64,000 nt of DNA from Pedosphaera sp. (GTDB lineage: Bacteria > Verrucomicrobiota > Verrucomicrobiia > Limisphaerales > SIBH01): NCBI GenBank assembly GCA_031414955.1, contig JANOQV010000105.1, positions 9,090-73,089 of the forward strand, read 5' to 3'. Below the pieces are notes generated by a model. It was not told the DNA's origin. It made no database searches and saw only the letters and a list, made by a program, of their open reading frames with translations. The translations under genes were made by a program, and so were the position numbers. Below, one piece after another: positions 10,284 to 18,621 of this stretch. Position 1 is the first letter of the stretch, and every line of letters begins with the position of its first letter.

Positions 10284-10502
10284 TTACTTCGCGGGAGCCG
10301 CGTCCTTCTTTTCCTTCTTCTTGTCCGCGTTGAGGGCGGCGCGCTCTTCTTTGCTGAGCTTGCCGTCGCCGTCTTTGTCGTACTTCTTGACCTCTTCGGC
10401 GGTCGGCTTGTTGCCCTTCTTCGGTGCCGCGTCATCGGCAGCGGAGAGGGTGAGCCCGGCAATCATGGTGACGGCCAGCGTGAGCAATGTGATTTTCTTC
10501 AT
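10284..10502 (-). CDS. Small secreted EF-hand calcium-binding protein
   Basis: 72 aa. Signal peptide MKKITLLTLAVTMIAGLTLSA, canonical EF-hand loop DKDGDGKLSKEE, Lys-rich tail. Confidence 0.7.
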   Translation of the reverse strand: MKKITLLTLAVTMIAGLTLSAADDAAPKKGNKPTAEEVKKYDKDGDGKLSKEERAALNADKKKEKKDAAPAK

Positions 10503-10738
10503 ACTACTATTTTGTTTTACCGGGCCGCTTCCAGACGACCTCTACTGACTCAGCGCTGAAGACTGGAATCTCATCCGCTTCGATTGCATCTGGACTTCCA
10601 GGCAAACGCCGGACTCGGCGCTGATAAATTCTTTCCCGCCTCGGAACCGCCAGAGGGCCTCCGCCCGCCCCAACTGTTTGACCGCAGCCTGACTGACTCT
10701 GACTGACGGCCTTTTCGACGGAACGGTTACGTGGAAAT

Positions 10739-11857
10739 TCATCGGTCAGAGGAGGGCTGGCCAGCTCGCATCCGCCGCACAGCGGCCACGACCCGCCCCA
10801 CCGTGATGCCCCTCAGACAGCGGAGGTCCACCGGGCACGTCGGCAGGAAACATGGTGCGCACGGCGCTACGCCCAGAATGATTTCATGCCGCGATCCTGG
10901 ACTGGGGGCTGGCCCGGTCAACTCAGGGGAGGTGCTGCCAAAGGGCACGACAACTGGGGTGCCGACGGCGGCGGAAACGTGCATCGGGCCAGTGTCGTTC
11001 GTCAGCAGGAGTTCGCAGGCTTTCAACGCCGCGCACAGCTCACGCAGCGAAGTCTGGCCGCAAAGGTTGATGACGTTCAGGCCGCCGATCTGCGCGGCCA
11101 GAGTCGCGGCCAGGTTGGCGACCAACTCACGGTCACGGCCGCCGCCGAAAAGCAACCATCGGCAACGTGTCTCGTAGTGCAGCTCGGACGCAGCGGCAAC
11201 GAAATGCTCCGCAGGCCAGCGTTTGGCCGGGCCATACTCGGCCCCGGCATTCAGCCCGAAGAGCGGCGCGTCGCCGGCCAGTCCGAATCGCTTCCGTGCC
11301 GCCGTCACCTCCGCGTCGCTCACAAAAAGCAGCGGGGGCAGCGGCTCGGCGGACGCGCCGCACGCGGCAACAATGCGCAGATAGTCATGCACATGGTGCG
11401 AGGTGGCGGGAAAAACGTCGCGGCTGGCTCCGGCGGAAATGCGCCGCCGCACTGCGGCGGCGGAACGCTTGCGCATCGCCGGCCCGCCGGGACGCGGCGG
11501 AATCGTGCGCGTGAGAAACAAATTGCGCCACGACCTGGCCAGCCCGGTACGTTCGGGAATGCGGGCCAGAAAAGCTTCCAGGGCGGAACGTGGAGAATTG
11601 GGCAGCACAATGGCCGAGGTAAACTGCTCCGGGCGCAGCCTTCGCGCCACGCTGAACACACTCTCGCCCGCCGTGAACGTCAGCACCGCGTCGAGACTCG
11701 GATGGCCGTGCCACAAGCCGGCCAGCTTCTCGTGCGTGAGCAAGGTGATGTGTGCGCCGGGCCTGGCTTCGCGCAAGCGTTGCAGCGCGGGCGTGGTCAT
11801 CACGGCGTCCCCCAGCCAGTTCACTCCGCGCACGAGAATCTTTTCAAACTGAGACAT
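10739..11857 (-). CDS. waaF: Glycosyltransferase family 9 (LPS heptosyltransferase II-like)
   Basis: ORF 10739..11977. The ATG at 11857 gives MSQFEKILVRGVNWLGDAVMTTPALQRL, the typical GT9 N-terminus. C-terminal LLTNDTGPMHVSAAVGTPVV motif. Confidence 0.8.
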   Translation of the reverse strand: MSQFEKILVRGVNWLGDAVMTTPALQRLREARPGAHITLLTHEKLAGLWHGHPSLDAVLTFTAGESVFSVARRLRPEQFTSAIVLPNSPRSALEAFLARIPERTGLARSWRNLFLTRTIPPRPGGPAMRKRSAAAVRRRISAGASRDVFPATSHHVHDYLRIVAACGASAEPLPPLLFVSDAEVTAARKRFGLAGDAPLFGLNAGAEYGPAKRWPAEHFVAAASELHYETRCRWLLFGGGRDRELVANLAATLAAQIGGLNVINLCGQTSLRELCAALKACELLLTNDTGPMHVSAAVGTPVVVPFGSTSPELTGPAPSPGSRHEIILGVAPCAPCFLPTCPVDLRCLRGITVGRVVAAVRRMRAGQPSSDR

Positions 11858-11873
11858 GTTTAACCGGTGCTGG

Positions 11874-13046
11874 TCAGCGGAAACAGATTTGCCGCACGCA
11901 CTCGTGGAAGTCTTTGGCCCCGCTAAGAATCTTGATCTCGACGCGCATGAATAGAATGGGGAGGTCACGGCGGTCAATCTTGGGAAAGCGCACCGCGTCC
12001 TTCTGCGTGGTCAGGATCACGGCGGCCTGGCGCTTCTTGCTGCGATTGATGGCGTTCAGCACTTCCTGCTGGGTGAAGCGATGGTGGTCGGCGTAGCGCT
12101 TGGCGTAGACCAGTTCCGCGCCCAGCTTGACGAGGCTTTGCTCGAAGCTCTCCGGCTGGGCGATGCCGCTGAAGGAAGCGACCTTCCTGCCCTGGAGAAA
12201 CTCCAACCCATGTCGTTCGCCGGTGAACACATCCTCGAAGTAGAGCGGGCTGTGGATGCACTCGATGATAGGTGCGGTGGGATTGTTCCGGGCCATGCGC
12301 GCCCGCAAGGCCGCCGTGTTGCCATCGCTCTTGGTGATGAAAAAAACGCTGGCCCGCGCGAGGTGCGACTCCGGTTCGCGCAAAGTGCCCCGCGGCAATA
12401 GGTGCTCGTTGCCGAAGGGCGACTGGCAGTCCACCAGCACGATGTCGCGGCGCCGTCCGGCCAGCTTCCAATACTGAAAGCCGTCGTCGAGCAGCAGCGT
12501 GTCGCAGCCGAATTTCTCGATGGCGTAACGGCCGCTCTTCACGCGGTTCTTGTCCACCAGCACGATCACGTCCTTGAGATTCGAGGCGAGCATGTAGGGT
12601 TCGTCGCCGGCGGTTTCAGAATCGAGCAGCAAGGATTTGCCGTCCGACACAACTCGCGGCGGGGTGCGATCGTCGCGAAATAAAATTCTGTCGATGAACC
12701 GCTTGCTCAAGGGCGGCGGCTTGGAACGATAGCCGCGCGAGAGGATGGCGACGACGCGCCCTTGTTCCTTCAACTCGCGGGCGAACTTTTCCACCACGGG
12801 CGTCTTGCCCGTGCCCCCCACGGTGAGGTTGCCGATGGCGATGACCTGCACGCCGAGTGTCGAGTCGCGCAGGATGCGGAAGTTGTAAAGAATGCGCCGC
12901 AAGCGCACGGCCAGCGCGTACACCTTCGACATTAGGAAAAGGATGAAACGGGCCAGCGCCGCGCCTTTGCCGCGCCGCTGCCCGCTGATGATTTCCAGGA
13001 CTACGGTTTCGACCGTTTCCGTCCACATCCGAATCTGCTCGCGCAT
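11874..13046 (-). CDS. lpxK: Tetraacyldisaccharide 4'-kinase
   Basis: GNLTVGGTGKTP P-loop, SRGY, DDGFQ motifs. The maximal ORF reaches 13085 (TTG); the ATG at 13046 is preferred but the start is uncertain. Confidence 0.85.
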   Translation of the reverse strand: MREQIRMWTETVETVVLEIISGQRRGKGAALARFILFLMSKVYALAVRLRRILYNFRILRDSTLGVQVIAIGNLTVGGTGKTPVVEKFARELKEQGRVVAILSRGYRSKPPPLSKRFIDRILFRDDRTPPRVVSDGKSLLLDSETAGDEPYMLASNLKDVIVLVDKNRVKSGRYAIEKFGCDTLLLDDGFQYWKLAGRRRDIVLVDCQSPFGNEHLLPRGTLREPESHLARASVFFITKSDGNTAALRARMARNNPTAPIIECIHSPLYFEDVFTGERHGLEFLQGRKVASFSGIAQPESFEQSLVKLGAELVYAKRYADHHRFTQQEVLNAINRSKKRQAAVILTTQKDAVRFPKIDRRDLPILFMRVEIKILSGAKDFHECVRQICFR

Positions 13047-13213
13047 CGAGGCGCGGAGTGTGCCCGCAGCCCGGAGTGAGGGCAAGGAGGCGTGTGGATT
13101 CGGACCGACAGAGGCGCAGGGGTTGCTCCAGATTCACCATCGCTCATCGGGCAGACCGCTGCCTGCCCTGGCAGTTTGGTTGGACCCGTCCGCGCGAACC
13201 CAAGGCACCAGAA

Positions 13214-13852
13214 TTATCGCCGTCCGCCCTTGGGCACCTGCTGCACACTGCCGTCACCCAACCCGATGTTGCCGTGGATGGGGCAACGGAACACGGTCTG
13301 GTTGAATACGTCCGCCTCCTTGGCCCCGGGCAACAGGAATTCGTAGGTCACATTGGCCGAGGCGTCGAACTGCGACCAGTCCGGAGCGGGCTTCTTCGAC
13401 TTGTCGGCGGGGCAGATAAGAATCTTGGGCGTGACCAACTCGTTTTTCATGGAAATGAAATCCATGGGCAGAATGTCCTTGTTGTCGTTCGACCACAGGC
13501 GGGCCGCCAGCCCGATTTGTTTCATGTGGCTTGTGCAAGAACTGGTCTGTGCGTGGCCTTTGGCCCTGGCCAGTGCCGGCAAGAGCAGCGCGGCCAGCAC
13601 GGCGATGACGGTGACCAGCAACGTCCCGATGTAGCCCATGATCAGACCGGTCAAAGCCATCGAAGCTCCGCCGTAAGTTTGAGGATCTCGCCTGGCCCGC
13701 GCGTGGGCGATGTGGCCGGTGATGATGGCCGGGATGCCAGTGAGAAACAGGCACCCCAGCACAGAGAGAATGCCCAGCACGAGGCTGGTGATGCTGAGTC
13801 CGTTCTGGGTCTGGCCCACCGGGGCGGAGGTTGGTTGCTGGCCGTCGTTCAT
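13214..13852 (-). CDS. Membrane protein: DUF4190-like two-TM module fused to a pseudopilin-like (LLPALARAK.., DUF1559-style) domain
   Basis: ORF 13214..13999, ATG at 13852. GIPAIITGHIA..GG.MALTGLIMGYIG is DUF4190-like. VLAALLLPALARAKGHAQTSSCTSHMKQIGLAARLW matches the mature N-terminal helix of PVC pseudopilin-like proteins, but without a prepilin cleavage motif. Confidence 0.6.
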   Translation of the reverse strand: MNDGQQPTSAPVGQTQNGLSITSLVLGILSVLGCLFLTGIPAIITGHIAHARARRDPQTYGGASMALTGLIMGYIGTLLVTVIAVLAALLLPALARAKGHAQTSSCTSHMKQIGLAARLWSNDNKDILPMDFISMKNELVTPKILICPADKSKKPAPDWSQFDASANVTYEFLLPGAKEADVFNQTVFRCPIHGNIGLGDGSVQQVPKGGRR

Positions 13853-13993
13853 AGTTTGTGGCGTTGAGTGTTTGCTGAGCCAGAGCGTTATAGCGGGCGA
13901 ACTGAGTTCGGCCAAGGTGTTTCCCGCTTCGTGATCCAGTCGCTTTTGCGTCCTTGCCGCCGAGTTGCTCCCGGTCAACGATGCCGCCGACTC

Positions 13994-14935
13994 ATGCAAA
14001 GATTCATCTTCATTTCGTTGCTGGCCGCGTGGTGTTCGTTCGCGAGTGTCCTCCGCGCCGCCGAGCGTCCCGCCGCCGCCGGGTATTCACTGTTTGCCCG
14101 CACCAATCTGGTGGCGTGGTGCATCGTCCCGTTCGACGCCAAGAAGCGCGGGCCGGAGGATCGCGCGGCGATGCTGGAGCAAATTGGCTTCAGGATGTTC
14201 GCCTACGATTATCGCGCCGAACACATCCCGACGTTCGACGCCGAGGTCGAGGCGCTCCAGCGTCATCGGGTGCGGTTGCTCGCCTGGTGGTTTCCAACCT
14301 CACTCAACGCCGAGGCGCAGCAAATTCTCGGTGTGCTTCAACGCCACAAGATCCACGCGCAGCTTTGGGTGATGGGCGGCGGCGCTCCGACGAAGACGCC
14401 CGAGGAACAGCAGGCCCTCGTTGCGTCTGAGGCAAAACGCCTCAAGTCCATCGCCGAGGCCGCGGCGAAAATCGGCTGCACCGTGGGCCTCTACAACCAC
14501 GGCTCCTGGTTCGGCGAGCCGGAGAATCAGATCGCCGTCATCGAAAAGTTGCGGACTGGCGGCATCACGAACGTCGGCATCGTTTACAATCTCCATCACG
14601 GCCACGATCATCTCGACCGCTTTCCGGCGCTGCTCCAGAAAATGAAGCCTCACCTCTACGTGCTGAACCTCAACGGGATGGTGCGCGACGGCGAACGCTC
14701 CGGGCGCAAGATTCTGCCCTTGGGCCAAGGCGATCTCGACCTTTCGCTGCTGAGGACGATTCGCGACAGTGGCTGGCACGGCCCGCTGGGCATCTTGAAC
14801 CACACCGATGAAGACGCCGAGTCCCGCCTGCGCGACAACTTGGACGGCCTCGATTGGCTCCTGCCCCAACTCGAAGGACGACCCGCCGGAGTCAGCCCGA
14901 CGCCGCGCAGTTGGCCTCCGTCCGGTCCCCGTTGA
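13994..14935 (+). CDS. Secreted xylose-isomerase-like TIM-barrel protein (sugar phosphate isomerase/epimerase family)
   Basis: ORF 13868..14935. The ATG at 13994 gives the signal peptide MQRFIFISLLAAWCSFASVLRA. Motifs YNHGSWFGE and VYNLHHGHDH fit the family. Confidence 0.65.
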   Translation: MQRFIFISLLAAWCSFASVLRAAERPAAAGYSLFARTNLVAWCIVPFDAKKRGPEDRAAMLEQIGFRMFAYDYRAEHIPTFDAEVEALQRHRVRLLAWWFPTSLNAEAQQILGVLQRHKIHAQLWVMGGGAPTKTPEEQQALVASEAKRLKSIAEAAAKIGCTVGLYNHGSWFGEPENQIAVIEKLRTGGITNVGIVYNLHHGHDHLDRFPALLQKMKPHLYVLNLNGMVRDGERSGRKILPLGQGDLDLSLLRTIRDSGWHGPLGILNHTDEDAESRLRDNLDGLDWLLPQLEGRPAGVSPTPRSWPPSGPR

Positions 14936-15147
14936 ACCTTCGCGCACGCCCCGGACCCCGAAAATTCCCCAAAAAAAGCTATTGCTATCTGCGCGGAACT
15001 GTTCAAGGTGCCTCCCGTCTGTAGATCGCTTGTCAGATCCAAGGCATGGTAAATCCTCAGGTGAACTCGGTTCAGTGATGATTTTAGACCCGGTGGTTCG
15101 GGAACAGTCTGGAGACAACAAGGGTTAGTCTAAGACAGTAACATCAC

Positions 15148-15522
<375 letters not shown>

Positions 15523-15540
15523 TTCCAACTGATTCTCGCA

Positions 15541-15575
15541 CGAGGCCCGGGTCAAACCGGGCCTCGTTTTATTTT
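15541..15575 (+). terminator. Rho-independent terminator
   Basis: CGAGGCCCGG, GTCAAA loop, CCGGGCCTCG, followed by TTTTATTTT. Confidence 0.75.
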
Positions 15576-15692
15576 CAGAGTTAAACCCCAAAAATGCCAA
15601 ATGCTTAGAAGCGTCAACGACTTCTGTTGCCAAAAATTCATGCCCCATTCTGATTCCTTGCCCCGCGCGGCTTCGCAGTCCCCCCCCCGCTC

Positions 15693-17597
15693 ATGAGCGC
15701 CACTCCCTCTTTGATTTCCGCCAATGAGCTTTCGCTCGCCTACGGGCACCAACGACTGCTTGAAGGCGTCACCCTGGCCGTTGCCCCCGGCGAAAAGGTC
15801 GGCCTCGTCGGACGCAACGGCTGCGGCAAAACCTCGCTGCTCAAAATCATCGCCGGGGAAATCAATCCCGACGCCGGGGAAGTTTCCCGGCGACGCGGCT
15901 TGCGCATCGGCTATCTCCCTCAGGAATTCGAACTCGATGAATCCCGGACCATCCTTCAGAATATCGAAGCTGGGGCCGCCGATCTCATCGAGTGGCTCAA
16001 CCGCTACGAGTCGGGTCAGGGCAGCGAAGCCGAACTGGGCGAACTGCTCCACAACATTGAGCACGCGGATGGCTGGAACTTCCACTCACGCATCAAGGCC
16101 GAAGCCACCGCGCTCGGCGTCCCGCCCCTCGACTTCCCCGTCGCGCGACTTTCCGGCGGCGAAAAACGCCGGGTCGCCCTCTGCCGCGCCCTCGCCGCAC
16201 AGCCTGATCTCCTGCTGCTCGACGAGCCGACCAACCATCTTGATGCCGAGACCATTCGCTGGCTTGAGGAATGTCTCCGCAATTTCCCCGGGGCCGTCAT
16301 CTTCGTCACCCACGACCGCTACTTCCTCGACGTCATCGCGACGCGTGTGGTCGAGATCGCCGAGGGCCGCGCCTACTCCCATCCCGGCAATTATACCGCG
16401 TATCTTGAATCGAAAGCCATCCGCCAGCAGATCACCGAGCAGTCCGAGCGCCGCCGGCAGCGGTTTCTCAGTGTCGAGCTGGCCTGGGTGCGTTCCGGCG
16501 CGCGCGCCCAGCGCACCAAAGCACAGCACCGAATGCGGGCCTATTACCAGCTCTCCGGGCAGGAGGCTCCGCCCGAGGAACGCGAACTCGATCTGCTCAT
16601 CCCGCCCGCCCCGCCGATGGGCAACACCCTCATTGATCTGGAAAACGTCGGCGCAAAAGTAGGCGAAGGCTCCGACGAACGCTGGCTCTTCCAACACCTG
16701 GATCTCATTTTGAAACCCGGCCAGTGCACGGGCGTCGTCGGCCGCAACGGCGTGGGCAAAACCACGCTGCTCCGCCTTTGCCTCGGCGAACGCCAACCCG
16801 ACGAAGGCACCGCCAAGATGGGACGGCAGGTCAAAATCAACTACGTCGATCAAGCGCGCATGCAGCTCGACGACACCAAGACCGTGATGGAGCAGATCGC
16901 CGACGGTGGCGAGACCGTGCTCTTCGGCGACGAGCACATCAGCGCCCGTGGCTACCTGCGCCGCTTCCTCTTCGCGGACGATCGGGCCAACGAACCCATC
17001 AGCAAACTCTCCGGTGGCGAGCGCGCCCGCCTCATGCTGGCCAAGGTGCTCAAGCGCGGGGGCAACTTCATCGTGCTCGACGAGCCGACCAACGACCTCG
17101 ATCTCCCCAGCCTCCGCATGTTGGAAGAGGCCATCGTCGAGTTCGCTGGCAGCGTGCTCGTCGTTAGCCACGACCGCTATTTCCTCGACCGCATCTGCGA
17201 TCAGATCGTCGCCTTCGAGGATGCCGGCCTGTTCGTCCAACCCGGCAACTACTCCTATTATCTGGAAAAGAAAAAGGAGCGCGACGCTCGCCGGTCTGCC
17301 TACGCGCCGGTGGAGGGCCGGCCTCCGACCCGGTTTGAAGAAACTCCGACCTCCGTCAAATCCACTCGCCCGCGCAAGCTTGGTTTCAAGGAACAGCGCG
17401 AACTCGACGGCATGGAAGCCGCCATCCACGCCACCGAGGCCCGCGCCGCCGAGATTGAAGCCACGCTCAACGATCCAAACTTCTACGCCACCCGCAGCCG
17501 CGAGGCGTCCCAACTCATCAACGAACTGGATCACACCAAGGCCGAAGTCACCCGCCTCTACGCTCGCTGGGAGGATCTGGCAGCGGTGGGAACGTAA
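15693..17597 (+). CDS. ABC-F family ATPase (Uup-like, C-terminal coiled coil)
   Basis: 634 aa. Two ABC cassettes (GRNGCGKTS / LSGGEKRR / LLLDEPTNHLD and GRNGVGKTT / LSGGERAR / IVLDEPTNDLD), no TM domain, coiled-coil tail. Confidence 0.9.
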   Translation: MSATPSLISANELSLAYGHQRLLEGVTLAVAPGEKVGLVGRNGCGKTSLLKIIAGEINPDAGEVSRRRGLRIGYLPQEFELDESRTILQNIEAGAADLIEWLNRYESGQGSEAELGELLHNIEHADGWNFHSRIKAEATALGVPPLDFPVARLSGGEKRRVALCRALAAQPDLLLLDEPTNHLDAETIRWLEECLRNFPGAVIFVTHDRYFLDVIATRVVEIAEGRAYSHPGNYTAYLESKAIRQQITEQSERRRQRFLSVELAWVRSGARAQRTKAQHRMRAYYQLSGQEAPPEERELDLLIPPAPPMGNTLIDLENVGAKVGEGSDERWLFQHLDLILKPGQCTGVVGRNGVGKTTLLRLCLGERQPDEGTAKMGRQVKINYVDQARMQLDDTKTVMEQIADGGETVLFGDEHISARGYLRRFLFADDRANEPISKLSGGERARLMLAKVLKRGGNFIVLDEPTNDLDLPSLRMLEEAIVEFAGSVLVVSHDRYFLDRICDQIVAFEDAGLFVQPGNYSYYLEKKKERDARRSAYAPVEGRPPTRFEETPTSVKSTRPRKLGFKEQRELDGMEAAIHATEARAAEIEATLNDPNFYATRSREASQLINELDHTKAEVTRLYARWEDLAAVGT

Positions 17598-17847
17598 AGG
17601 GATTGAGAGTTCGCTGGCGGGGTCTGTTCGCCGGCGTGAGCGCAGCCTGGCGGACTGCTCACGTTGATCGGATCGAGTTGGGCGCACTCCGTGACAACTG
17701 CTTTCCATCGCACCGGGCGGGGAATCCTGACGGTCCAAGGCAGGGGAATCGACAGCCATCAAGTAGATGTGGCTGCTCCCCTCGACGGGTCTGGGATTCG
17801 AGCGGCCTCTCCCCTGCCCTTTCGCACATCGGCGTCCCGGCCTCTCG

Positions 17848-18543
17848 TTACTTCAATTCCCGAATCTTCAGGTTCCGGAACCATGCCTCGTCGCCGTGGT
17901 CAGTGAGCATGATGTGGCCGGGGACTTTTTCGCCAAACTTGGCCGTGTTCTTAAACTTGCTGGCCGCCACGGCCTGCTTGACCGCTGGGCTGCCCAGTTC
18001 GTACTCCAGCACTTTCGCGCCATTCAACCAGTGCTCGACGCGATTGCCCTGAACGAGAATACGCGAGGCGTTCCACTCGCCAACCGGCTTGAGGGGCTTG
18101 CCTCCGGCCGGAGGCAACACATCGTAGAAAGCGGCGGTCTGCCGCCTGGCACTCAGTTTGCCATCGGGGTGGCCCGTGTCATCGATCAACTGGTACTCGT
18201 GGCCGGGCGCACCGGCCCGGGCCTCGGTGACGAGATACTTCAAACCGTTGTTGGCTGCGGGTGCGACGCGCCACTCCCAGGCCAGCTCGAAGTCCTCGTA
18301 CTGGTTGGTGGTGATGATGTCGCCGCCCTTCACCTGGGCGAGTTTCTTGAGCATGCCTTCCTCGGCTCTCCAGCCGGCACCCGGTGGCGTCGGCTTGCGA
18401 AACTGCCGCCAGCCGCTGGTGTCCCGGCCATTGAAGAGCAGCTTCCAGCCGGCGGCTTTTTCCTCGGCGGTGAGTTGATTGAGTTCCGCCGCCGGCACGG
18501 CAAACGCGGCCAGCAAGGCGCACAGGGTGGAAAAGGATTTCAT
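17848..18543 (-). CDS. DUF1080 (3-keto-disaccharide hydrolase-like) secreted protein
   Basis: ORF 17848..18582. The ATG at 18543 gives the signal peptide MKSFSTLCALLAAFAVPA. GWKLLFNGRDTSGW and WFRNLKIREL are the typical DUF1080 ends. Confidence 0.75.
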   Translation of the reverse strand: MKSFSTLCALLAAFAVPAAELNQLTAEEKAAGWKLLFNGRDTSGWRQFRKPTPPGAGWRAEEGMLKKLAQVKGGDIITTNQYEDFELAWEWRVAPAANNGLKYLVTEARAGAPGHEYQLIDDTGHPDGKLSARRQTAAFYDVLPPAGGKPLKPVGEWNASRILVQGNRVEHWLNGAKVLEYELGSPAVKQAVAASKFKNTAKFGEKVPGHIMLTDHGDEAWFRNLKIRELK

Positions 18544-18621
18544 GCCGGAAATCATTTCGAGGCGGGGAAAATATGCCAGCACGAAAATGGTCGTGGAGGA
18601 ACCGCCCGGCGCAAACTCGAC

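Noticed and set aside
10252-10548. 98-aa plus-strand ORF opposite the EF-hand protein gene
   Set aside because: Its Ser/Leu/Phe-rich translation is the mirror of the Lys/Glu/Ala-rich minus-strand product, which has a signal peptide and a canonical EF-hand loop.
16086-17762. 558-aa ORF antisense to the ABC-F gene. Similar shadows: 8825..10462, 21132..22214, 29821..31008, 46882..47874, 47967..49136, 51466..52518, 54379..55962, 55941..57119 and 58841..60421.
   Set aside because: All lie opposite genes with strong family signatures. All have Arg/Ala/Gly/His-biased, repeat-like translations. None has a plausible start context or domain.
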